Shown here: piece after piece, positions 38,748 to 47,642 of the stretch
How positions within the stretch are numbered: position 1 is the first letter of the stretch
How the letters are laid out: each line of letters begins with the position of its first letter
IMG/VR virus record: IMGVR_UViG_2747842453_000002
Span: 1 to 64,000 of that record
Length of the DNA: 64,000 nt
Origin: a virus
Lineage: Duplodnaviria > Caudoviricetes
Direction: 5' to 3' (one strand)
The notes under the pieces: model-generated
The model's input: the letters and a program-made list of their open reading frames with translations, nothing else
What the model was told of the DNA's origin: nothing
Databases searched by the model: none
Position numbers and translations under genes: made by a program

Positions 38748-40469
38748 ATGAACATAAATGAAATACAATCACCAAAGATAAAAATTACAGACAATACACT
38801 AACGGAATCTGTAAATAAAGTAGTGGCGATTAATGAAGGTTACAAGTTACAACTAGAGCGTGACACTGATATGATGGTGTTACATATTACTGATACGGCA
38901 ACTGGCAAGCGTACAGAAGTTCGTGGTAAGAGTGGCTACGAAACAGGCGGATATGATTCAACAGATAGCTTGCATATTCTACTAGACAAGATAGGCAAAA
39001 GTGCTAATATCAGTGACCTAATGAATGGCGATACTGTTGGCATTAATCCTAAACATCCTAAAGGTGCAAGTGCAAACGCTGCAGCAACTACAGCGTTTAA
39101 TGAATCCTTAAACAACCCATATCCATTTAATCTTACTGGACCAAGTGAGTCACAAGAATTTTCAGCAATTGCAAAAACACCAAATGGTGTGTTAAGAATG
39201 GACTTTGAAACAACTGACTATGATAACTTTGGTATTGACTTTTCAGTTGGCAAGAGCATGGGCAAAACAGATGCAGGTGACGAGTTTAGAGTATTCTCAA
39301 CTGTAGTTGCAATGATGACAAAGTGGATCAAAACAGTTGGTATTGAACACGTAGAAAGTTTTGATTTTGGTGCTAACAAAGGTGAACATGCTAGTGACGG
39401 CAGAGCAAAACTGTATACTAGATTTGCTAAACAACTTGCTAGTAAACTAGGTTGGAAGTTAGAGCAAAGTACCACAAGAGATAATAACACAGCATTCTTT
39501 AGACTAGTTAATCCTAAACCAATACCACGTGAACAAGAGTATTGGGATGCACTAGATGAAGGAGTTGAAGTATCGTTACACGGTGATGCTAAAAAAGGTT
39601 ATGTGTTATCTAAGATTGAAGTATCAGGCGATGAGCGTAATGCTGGTCAAGGTACAAAAGCAATGCAAGACATTGTTGACAGAATGGATAGAGAAGGTGC
39701 TATTATCGCACTAACACCAGACGATGCGTTTGGTGGAAACAAGAATAGATTAATCAAATTCTATAAGCGTTTTGGTTTCGTACCAAACAAAGGTCGTAAC
39801 AAAGATTTTCGTTTTAGAGAAACAATGATCCGTTATCCACAAGGCAACGAAAGTGTTAATGAAGTATCAAAAGAAGAGTTTGATGCTATTCAGAATGGAT
39901 ACGTTGATATTGAGTTTGATAAGAAATGGTGGCCTCTAAACGATGATTATCCACTGGTCAAACATATAGGTAATGCTATTGGTGCAACTAGTTGGACTAG
40001 TTGGGGCAAAGTTGGAGTTCCATGGTCTGAAACAGAAATGATTGGTGGGGGTGGCACATATATGCTTAAAGGAGACTTTGGACATATACTGTTGGATACT
40101 GCAAAGAGTTATCGCCCAGATAAAATCGTAATGTCACAAATATCAACGTCCAAACGAGGCGGTGGCATTGGTGCTAAAGTTATGAATGCAATAAAATCAT
40201 ATTCAGATCAAAACAAATTACCATTAACAATATATAAAGTAACTAATCAGAAGTTTTTTGACAAGTTTGAATGGCTAAAAAAGACAGGTGTTGATACATA
40301 CGAATATAGTGTCAATGAAGTTAAAGAATCTGCTGGTGTTGGTCGTGTCGTAAAAGGTGTTAACACTACTGTTGACGTAGGTGTAGATGAAATCATCAAT
40401 CAAGTCAAAAAGTTTGGCAATGATGTTGATAGAGATGGCAAACCAAAAAAGAATTTAAGAAACAAATGA
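38748..40469 (+). CDS. Modular putative internal head polyprotein with two GNAT domains
   Basis: MNINE start; ERNAGQGTKAM..RLIKFYKRFGF and KRGGGIGAKVM GNAT motifs; ESVNE linkers. Confidence 0.7.
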   Translation: MNINEIQSPKIKITDNTLTESVNKVVAINEGYKLQLERDTDMMVLHITDTATGKRTEVRGKSGYETGGYDSTDSLHILLDKIGKSANISDLMNGDTVGINPKHPKGASANAAATTAFNESLNNPYPFNLTGPSESQEFSAIAKTPNGVLRMDFETTDYDNFGIDFSVGKSMGKTDAGDEFRVFSTVVAMMTKWIKTVGIEHVESFDFGANKGEHASDGRAKLYTRFAKQLASKLGWKLEQSTTRDNNTAFFRLVNPKPIPREQEYWDALDEGVEVSLHGDAKKGYVLSKIEVSGDERNAGQGTKAMQDIVDRMDREGAIIALTPDDAFGGNKNRLIKFYKRFGFVPNKGRNKDFRFRETMIRYPQGNESVNEVSKEEFDAIQNGYVDIEFDKKWWPLNDDYPLVKHIGNAIGATSWTSWGKVGVPWSETEMIGGGGTYMLKGDFGHILLDTAKSYRPDKIVMSQISTSKRGGGIGAKVMNAIKSYSDQNKLPLTIYKVTNQKFFDKFEWLKKTGVDTYEYSVNEVKESAGVGRVVKGVNTTVDVGVDEIINQVKKFGNDVDRDGKPKKNLRNK

Positions 40470-40503
40470 TGTATAAAATCAACGAACACATAGGAGCAAT
40501 GAA

Positions 40504-40608
40504 ATGCCAATAATGTTACCAACTCGTCCAAGGGATGGAAAAGAAGTAAAAGTAAATAATAAAACATTTCGTTGGAATCAAAGTAAAAACAGATGGGAAA
40601 TGGTATAA
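40504..40608 (+). CDS. 34-aa microprotein MPIMLPTRPRDGKEVKVNNKTFRWNQSKNRWEMV
   Basis: AGGAG RBS 7 nt upstream; resembles the FP..P..G......T..W...W fibre N-terminal motif. Confidence 0.55.
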   Translation: MPIMLPTRPRDGKEVKVNNKTFRWNQSKNRWEMV

Positions 40609-40636
40609 TTACCATTTATAATTTAGGAGAGTTATA

Positions 40637-43600
40637 ATGCCAATTCTAGGATCATTCGCAAGTGGTGCAATCGGCACGGTCGGACTTGCACAACAAGCAA
40701 TGCTTGCATTTTTAAAAGCATCAACCGCAATATCAGGATCATCATTCGTCCTACAACAACTTATAGGAGGGCCAGATGGCTCGTACATTGCTGGGCGGAA
40801 TAATAGTATTAACGGACAAAGTAGTTTTGCTGCTGATGGTGATTATTTAGTTACTGGGTCGGGTTGGACTAATGAAGTTTTGGTTTGGAACTTATCAGAC
40901 GGTTCGTTACATATGACTATACCAGCCCCATCGCCACCTCCACAGACTAACGGCTATGGTTGGCAAATTGATATACATGGAGATTATTTTATTACAGGTA
41001 ACGGCGGCACCGGCGGTGGCTATACAACCATACATAATGTATCAACCGGGGCTCTAATTACATCATTTACCGGCGCAGCTAGAAATGTTGCAATTGATGA
41101 AAATTATGCAGCGGCGTGTGCCAATGGTGGACCGATTAAAATATTTGAATTGGCAACCAGCACTCTTACAACCTTCCCGGATCCAAATGGCGGATTAGCT
41201 GACTTGATGGATATATCTGGTAATAATTTGATACTTGCGCCAAATAATGGCTCCCTAATAACAGTGCATGATATACCTACTGCTTTATCTAATGGCAATT
41301 TAAATACTACTAGCCTGACAATAAATACAACAGTTAGTTACTTTCAAACATTGATCGCTGGAGGTAATTATTTGGCGTTAGGCAGAACAGGTGCCGGAGA
41401 CCAAAGCATTTTGATTTATGATCTAACTACGGGAACACTACTTCATACTTTGCCCGCACCAGTAGGCGCGAGTGCAGCGTTTGGTAATGCGATAGATATA
41501 AAAGGCAATTATTTAGTTGCGGGACATCGAGGACAGGAACAGTATTCCCCTGCTGCAGTATATGATTTAACAACTGGCATATTATTACAAACGTTCACAG
41601 GCGATGATATTCCCGACACATCTACATGGCAGAATACAGACGTTGATAAGCTATTAGGCACCGCAGTAGCAATCACTGACAGTAAAACCATTATCGGTTC
41701 TAGCAGTGGCGGTGAAAGTGCAAACAATTGGCTTGGTGCGTTTCTTATATACTCTAATCCTGGCCAAGCAGCAATATCTGAAGAAGTATCCTTGGACTGG
41801 AGTAATATTACATTAGAACATACACTAGATAATCCAAATCCATTTGGTACTAGTGAGAATGATCAATTTGGCATGGATATTGCAATGTCTAGTACACATG
41901 CAATTATTGGTACATACGCAGAAGACGATGCTGGCGGTACTAATTCAGGTAAAGCCTATATCTTTGATCTAACAACAGGATTATTACTTCATACATTAGA
42001 TAATCCAAATCCAGTTGGCACAAGTACTGATGATTGGTTTGCATATTCAGTCGCAATATCTGATACATATGCAATAGTTGGTGCTTTTAGAGAAGAGCAT
42101 AATTCAGTAACTGGTGGGAATGCAGGGAAAGCATATATCTATAAGCTATCTGATGGATCATTAATAAAGACATTGATCAACCGGGATACGAATGGCAATC
42201 CGATTGGTGATCTGTTTGGCCACGGAGTTGCAATATCTGATACACATGCGATTGTTAGTGCGTGGGGCGAAGATTGGGGCTCTACGGGCACGGTGTCTGG
42301 TGTTGGGAGCGTTTATATCTATGACATATCACCCGAGGGGATAGTGACAGGGCCTCGTGCGTCAATGATTATAAGCAATCCCTCGGACTATCCGAATGGT
42401 TATTTTGGCTGGGGAGTTGAGATGAATGATAATTATGTAATTGTTACTTCACCCAATGATGAAGTAGGCAAAGCATATATCTTTAATGTATCCGATGGAT
42501 CATTAGTATATACATTAGATAATCCAGGTGGATTTGACGCGGCGTCGAGAAATGATAATTTTGGTGCAACACGAAATTTCTGGCATTCGACAAGTCAGGC
42601 GGCGATATCTGATAATTATGCAATTGTTAGTGCACCATATGAAAATGACGCTGATGGACTTTTTGCCTCGGGCATAGTATATGTTTTTGACATGTCAGAT
42701 GGATCATTAGCACATACACTTTATAATCCAAATCCATTTGGTACTACTCAAGAAGATTATTTTGGCATGTCAGTTGATCTTGATGGTGACTTTGTAATTG
42801 TTGGCGCACCATATGAAGATGATGCAGGTACTAACTACGCAGGCAAGGCCTATATCTTTGATCTAACAGATGGATCATTAGTAAATACAATAGATGATCC
42901 AAATGCCTTTGGTACTACTGATAATGATAGATTTGGCCACGCAGTTGCAATGTCCGATGGGCGTGCTCTTATAAGTGCTAGTAGAGAAGATGATGGCAGT
43001 GGCACTTCTGCAAATTCTTCAGGCAAGGCTTATATCTTTAGTGCACAAACTACAGTAGCAAGTGCACCTGCAGCGGGACCTGCAGACTGGAGTAATGCTA
43101 CATTAGCATATACATTAGATAATCCAAATCCGTATGGTACGAGTCAGAATGATTACTTTGCTAATGTCGCAATATCTAGCACATATGCAATTATAGGTGC
43201 GCAAAATGAAATGCTAAATGAATCGGAGACTTATGGTGGTATAGCCTATATTGTTGACCCATCAGATGGATCATTAGTATATACACTACATAATCCCAAT
43301 CAGGGTACTGGTTCAGAAATTGGGGATATGTTTGGCATTTCGACCGCAATATCTGATACACATGCAATTGTAGGTGCGTATAGCGAAGATGATTCAAATG
43401 GTCTTAATTCAGGTATAGCCTACATTTTTGACTTATCAGATGGATCATTGGCACATACAATAAATAATCCAAATGCGTATGGTACTGCTACGTCGAATGG
43501 CTACTCCAATGATGGATTTGGATATGCAGTGGCAATATCTGATACACACGCAATCGTTGGTGTACCATCTGAAGATGATGCCAATGGCGCTGGGAGTGCA

Positions 43601-45178
43601 TTCAGTGGGAATGATTCGGGTAAAGCCTACATTTTTAACGTATCTGATGGTTCATTATTACATACCTTAGATAATCCAGATGCTTATGGTGACGGTGTAT
43701 ACGATTGGTTTGGCGGGTCAGTAGCAATATCTGATACACACGTAATCGTTGGCGCGCGTGGCGAAGATGATACTGGTGGCGATGGATCAGGTAAAGCATA
43801 TATCTTCAATGTGACTTCAGGTTCTCTAGTTTATACCTTAGATAATCCTAATGCATATAGTACAAGTGCAGGAGATCAATTTGGCCAATCAGTAGCAATA
43901 TCTGATACACATGCAATTGTAGGTGCGTATAACGAAGATGATGCTGGTGGTACAACTTCAGGTAAAGCATATATCTTTGACCTATCAGATGGATCATTAG
44001 CATATACACTACATAATCCAAATCAACATGGTACTAGTCAAAACGATCATTTTGGGTGGACAGTTTCAATATCTGATACACATGCAATTGTAAGTGCAAT
44101 GTTAGAAGAGGATGCTGATGGTAATAGTTCAGGTAAAGTCTACATATACGACTTATCAGATGGATCATTAACAAATACATTAGATAATCCAAATGCTTAT
44201 GGTACTAGTGAGGGTGATAGATTCGGTAGCACAGTGGCAATATCTGGCTCAAATATAATTGTAGGCGCAGTATTTGAAGATGACGCTGGTGGTACAAGTT
44301 CAGGCAAATCCTATATCTTTAGTGCAAGTGCACCTGCAGAAGAATCTACTGGATGGACTATTGATCTTTCTAATGTGACATATGACTCTGAATTTAGTTT
44401 AAACAATCAAATGACAAGTTATGCGACTGGTCAAACCTTAAGCACTGACGGTACAAAGTTATATGTAGTTGGTCAGAATCAATTCGCACCCACGACATGG
44501 ATTACACAGGTGTGGCAATATTCCTTATCCACTGCCTTCGATATCAGTACCGCTTCATATGATAATGTTACCTTTAATCCATCTAGTCAGGATACTAATC
44601 CTATGGGCATAGATTTCAATACTGACGGTACGAAGATGTATTTAGTCGGTACTAATAGTGATTTGGTGCTTCAATATTCTCTCAGTACTCCATGGGATGT
44701 AAGTACCGCTTCATATGACAATGTATCGATTAGTGCACCGGGTACGTTTGGCCTATATTTCAAAGATGATGGCACGAAAATGTATACGACTGGGTTTGAT
44801 GCGAACTTAACAGGCGTGAGATCATTTTCTTTATCAACAGGTTTCGATCTAAGTACTGCCACTGATGATCTCTCAACTTACAGTTCAATTGCCGTCACTG
44901 GAGGAAATCCTTTTGTCGCGGCTTTGAACCCAGATGGCACAAAAATGTATATCCTTGGTAACAGATCAATATACCGTTATTCCTTATCGACAGCTTTTGA
45001 CGTAAGTACAGCCACCTACGATAACGAAAGTATTTCTTTAAGTAATGAGTTCCATTTGATGTATAACATGGAGATATCACGTGATGGCACTAAGATATAT
45101 GCAGTTGGAACCTCGCCTGGGACGGGCCCCACCACTGGTTCTAGTAGAAGCGTAGTGCAATTCGACACAGGTTTATGA
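40637..45178 (+). CDS. Large FG-GAP repeat virion protein with C-terminal propeller repeats
   Basis: Many LDNPN.YGT..D.FG.SVAISDTHAIVGA..EDD..SGKAYIF units; DGTKMY..YSLSTAFDVSTA repeats. Confidence 0.8.
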   Translation: MPILGSFASGAIGTVGLAQQAMLAFLKASTAISGSSFVLQQLIGGPDGSYIAGRNNSINGQSSFAADGDYLVTGSGWTNEVLVWNLSDGSLHMTIPAPSPPPQTNGYGWQIDIHGDYFITGNGGTGGGYTTIHNVSTGALITSFTGAARNVAIDENYAAACANGGPIKIFELATSTLTTFPDPNGGLADLMDISGNNLILAPNNGSLITVHDIPTALSNGNLNTTSLTINTTVSYFQTLIAGGNYLALGRTGAGDQSILIYDLTTGTLLHTLPAPVGASAAFGNAIDIKGNYLVAGHRGQEQYSPAAVYDLTTGILLQTFTGDDIPDTSTWQNTDVDKLLGTAVAITDSKTIIGSSSGGESANNWLGAFLIYSNPGQAAISEEVSLDWSNITLEHTLDNPNPFGTSENDQFGMDIAMSSTHAIIGTYAEDDAGGTNSGKAYIFDLTTGLLLHTLDNPNPVGTSTDDWFAYSVAISDTYAIVGAFREEHNSVTGGNAGKAYIYKLSDGSLIKTLINRDTNGNPIGDLFGHGVAISDTHAIVSAWGEDWGSTGTVSGVGSVYIYDISPEGIVTGPRASMIISNPSDYPNGYFGWGVEMNDNYVIVTSPNDEVGKAYIFNVSDGSLVYTLDNPGGFDAASRNDNFGATRNFWHSTSQAAISDNYAIVSAPYENDADGLFASGIVYVFDMSDGSLAHTLYNPNPFGTTQEDYFGMSVDLDGDFVIVGAPYEDDAGTNYAGKAYIFDLTDGSLVNTIDDPNAFGTTDNDRFGHAVAMSDGRALISASREDDGSGTSANSSGKAYIFSAQTTVASAPAAGPADWSNATLAYTLDNPNPYGTSQNDYFANVAISSTYAIIGAQNEMLNESETYGGIAYIVDPSDGSLVYTLHNPNQGTGSEIGDMFGISTAISDTHAIVGAYSEDDSNGLNSGIAYIFDLSDGSLAHTINNPNAYGTATSNGYSNDGFGYAVAISDTHAIVGVPSEDDANGAGSAFSGNDSGKAYIFNVSDGSLLHTLDNPDAYGDGVYDWFGGSVAISDTHVIVGARGEDDTGGDGSGKAYIFNVTSGSLVYTLDNPNAYSTSAGDQFGQSVAISDTHAIVGAYNEDDAGGTTSGKAYIFDLSDGSLAYTLHNPNQHGTSQNDHFGWTVSISDTHAIVSAMLEEDADGNSSGKVYIYDLSDGSLTNTLDNPNAYGTSEGDRFGSTVAISGSNIIVGAVFEDDAGGTSSGKSYIFSASAPAEESTGWTIDLSNVTYDSEFSLNNQMTSYATGQTLSTDGTKLYVVGQNQFAPTTWITQVWQYSLSTAFDISTASYDNVTFNPSSQDTNPMGIDFNTDGTKMYLVGTNSDLVLQYSLSTPWDVSTASYDNVSISAPGTFGLYFKDDGTKMYTTGFDANLTGVRSFSLSTGFDLSTATDDLSTYSSIAVTGGNPFVAALNPDGTKMYILGNRSIYRYSLSTAFDVSTATYDNESISLSNEFHLMYNMEISRDGTKIYAVGTSPGTGPTTGSSRSVVQFDTGL

Positions 45179-45193
45179 TAATGTAGCAAGTTA

Positions 45194-45221
45194 AATGGAT
45201 GCGATTTTATTCGCATCCATT
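45194..45221 (+). terminator. Hairpin after the FG-GAP gene (weak U-tract)
   Basis: AATGGATGCGA...TCGCATCCATT. Confidence 0.5.
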
Positions 45222-45247
45222 ATCTGTTTAATTTGATAAATACTATT

Positions 45248-45454
45248 ATGAAAATAAATGAGATCATATCTGAAAACTTTGCCGGAGCATTTGCTAGTGT
45301 TCCCATGGGATTGGGTGCGGGTGATCCAAATGCAAGTGTGTATGCAAAAAAGCCTGCCACTAAAAAGAAAAAGAAATCAAAGATGGGATATAGTGCAGAT
45401 GTAGGCAACCTTGCTTACACAACTCCAGTAAAAAGCCCAATGATTAAACGATAA
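45248..45454 (+). CDS. Small basic putative internal head protein
   Basis: MKINEIISE start 5 nt after the GATAAATA box; Lys-rich. Confidence 0.65.
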   Translation: MKINEIISENFAGAFASVPMGLGAGDPNASVYAKKPATKKKKKSKMGYSADVGNLAYTTPVKSPMIKR

Positions 45455-45465
45455 GGTAGATTAAA

Positions 45466-47295
45466 ATGAAACTGTCACAACTAATTGAATCTTTTGTAAT
45501 CTCTAATGATGAATTCGAAGATTATTTAAATAGAGCAACTGAACAACTAGTATCAGAATTATCATCAGGTAAAAATCCACGTGATGCAGTTCATGATTTA
45601 GCATTAACTTTTGCAGATCAACACAATAAATCTTATGATGCATACCAACGTATGGCAGACTCACTTGAGGCTCGGATGCACACGTTGGAAATGAATAGTC
45701 CCACCGATATGATGAACGGGCCAGAAGATGATATGGGAATGGGCAGTGTTGATGAGCCAGAAATGATGAGTGATCCAATGGGCAACATGGAAATGAATAC
45801 ACCAGCAAGTTCTGAGATGCCAAGTGACAGTGACATGGAAGATTATTCAGCGGTAATGGGCGAAGGTCGTATGAGTGATCAACTTATTGATGATGCTGAA
45901 AACATGACTAAGAAAGAATTTGAGAAGAAACACGGTAAAGAAGCAGCAAGAGATATGTTTGACGAATCTATTAACGAAGATTCAGATGAAGAAAAAGCGC
46001 GCCAACGTGCACTTGCTAAAGCAGATGAACCAGAGCGTGGCGAAGAGAGAAAGAAAGTATCTCTAAAGAAAGCACCATGGGAAGAATCAATAAAAGAAGA
46101 AGAAGAAGAATGCAAATATTGCGGCGGTGATTGCCCTAATGATGAAGAACACGCTTGTGACGGCTACTTGGGCGACATTGATGGACTATATGAAGCACCT
46201 TGGGAAGAGTCAGTAAATGAAAAATACCGTCAGTCAACACAAGCGGAAATTGATGCAGATGAGAAAAAATACCGCAAATCTGCAGGTAAAAAACGTCCAA
46301 GCATATCACCCAAATCTATTGACAAAAATATGTACGATAATATGAAAGGCAAACTGAAAGAAGGTGATAAAGAACAAGTTAAAGTAATCTTTAGAAAATT
46401 CCCCGAGGGCGATGTGATTGCATTGTTCCCAGAAGTTGATCAGGGTCGCGGTCTGATTGGTTCATACATGACAATTGGTCAGCATGGTGACGCAGCAAAG
46501 TCATTGATTACTGACTTAGAACCAGCGTCAAAAGAAGAATATGCAAAACTAGCCGCTGAACTAGAGCGTATTGGTTATGATATTGTTATAGCTGAGTCAG
46601 TTAATGAATTAACTATTGCTGATGTGAAAGCGGCTACAGAAAAAGCAAAAAAGCGCCAAGAAAAAGAAAGAAAAGATACAGGAAAGAGTAGTGTATCTAC
46701 TACTGATCTTGCTTCACGACTTAAAGAAGCAAAAGCAATGGATACAATTCGTAAAATTGCAGATGAAAAAAGTGCAATGAAAGTTAAATTTGATAATGGT
46801 CAAATGATGGTCGATATGTTTACTGCATCTGCAATTAAATCAGTATATGATAACGTAAATGATGCAAATAAAGAAAAACTAGACAACCTAATGAAAACAA
46901 AAGACGGCATGATGAAAGTGGCAAATCTTTCAATGAAAATGCTGAAAGAAGGCAAAATTGGCGATCTTGCAAGTAAAGGCATCGGCGCAGCCAAAAGAGG
47001 CATTAGCGCATTATCTGATAAAAATAAAGATATGAAAAATATGTCTATTGCTAAAAAACAAGATATCGCAAATAAAGGTATGGCAATTTCAAAGAAAGCG
47101 GCAGATGTTACTGGGAAAGTAAGTTCACGTTTACAATCTGTTGGTAAAGTAGCAAAAGGTATAGGATCAGCAATCGCAGCGCAGCCGGAATTTGGTTTAG
47201 GTGGCAGTTCATATTCGGGCAGAAGAGAATCAATCGAATCAATCACAGATAAAATCATGAATGAATCGATCAAAAAGGCAAACAAAGAAAAATAA
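45466..47295 (+). CDS. Acidic/basic modular putative prohead-core or internal polyprotein
   Basis: MKLSQLIES start; repeated ESINE, ESVNE and LKEG linkers; VIFRKF..GDVIALFPE..GQHG and VKFDNG..VDMFTASAI modules. Confidence 0.65.
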   Translation: MKLSQLIESFVISNDEFEDYLNRATEQLVSELSSGKNPRDAVHDLALTFADQHNKSYDAYQRMADSLEARMHTLEMNSPTDMMNGPEDDMGMGSVDEPEMMSDPMGNMEMNTPASSEMPSDSDMEDYSAVMGEGRMSDQLIDDAENMTKKEFEKKHGKEAARDMFDESINEDSDEEKARQRALAKADEPERGEERKKVSLKKAPWEESIKEEEEECKYCGGDCPNDEEHACDGYLGDIDGLYEAPWEESVNEKYRQSTQAEIDADEKKYRKSAGKKRPSISPKSIDKNMYDNMKGKLKEGDKEQVKVIFRKFPEGDVIALFPEVDQGRGLIGSYMTIGQHGDAAKSLITDLEPASKEEYAKLAAELERIGYDIVIAESVNELTIADVKAATEKAKKRQEKERKDTGKSSVSTTDLASRLKEAKAMDTIRKIADEKSAMKVKFDNGQMMVDMFTASAIKSVYDNVNDANKEKLDNLMKTKDGMMKVANLSMKMLKEGKIGDLASKGIGAAKRGISALSDKNKDMKNMSIAKKQDIANKGMAISKKAADVTGKVSSRLQSVGKVAKGIGSAIAAQPEFGLGGSSYSGRRESIESITDKIMNESIKKANKEK

Positions 47296-47299
47296 TCTA

Positions 47300-47328
47300 T
47301 TGACAACCTAACAATACTATGCTATATT
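47300..47328 (+). promoter_or_regulatory. sigma70 promoter of the replication operon
   Basis: TTGACA-17-TATATT with extended TG. Confidence 0.8.
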
Positions 47329-47358
47329 AAATGGAGTTCTTAGAGAGCTCCATTTTTT
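47329..47358 (+). terminator. Intrinsic terminator of the upstream late operon
   Basis: AAATGGAGTTCT-TAG-AGAGCTCCATTTTTT. Confidence 0.75.
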
Positions 47359-47381
47359 ATATCTAATTAGGAGATTATTAT

Positions 47382-47642
47382 ATGTCACTAGATTCAGTTA
47401 CAAGCGAAGAAAAAGCAAAATTAAAACAATTGGTAGATGAAGGGTGTTCTGTTCTACAGGAAGTTGACGACCTAAAGGGTGGACTGCGCGATACTGTAAA
47501 AGCAATTGCAGAAGAATTAGATATTAAACCTGCAGTACTTAATAAGGCTATTTCACTAGCACATAAAGCAAATCTACAGGGAGCAAAGCAAGACTTTGAA
47601 GATGTAGAGACCGTACTTGAAACTGTGGGACGCACACTATAA
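47382..47642 (+). CDS. T4 DsbA/GapR-like dsDNA-binding protein
   Basis: 86-aa helical protein, LKQLVDE..LKGGLRDTVKAIAEELDIKPAVLNKAI, located before the polymerase. Confidence 0.6.
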   Translation: MSLDSVTSEEKAKLKQLVDEGCSVLQEVDDLKGGLRDTVKAIAEELDIKPAVLNKAISLAHKANLQGAKQDFEDVETVLETVGRTL

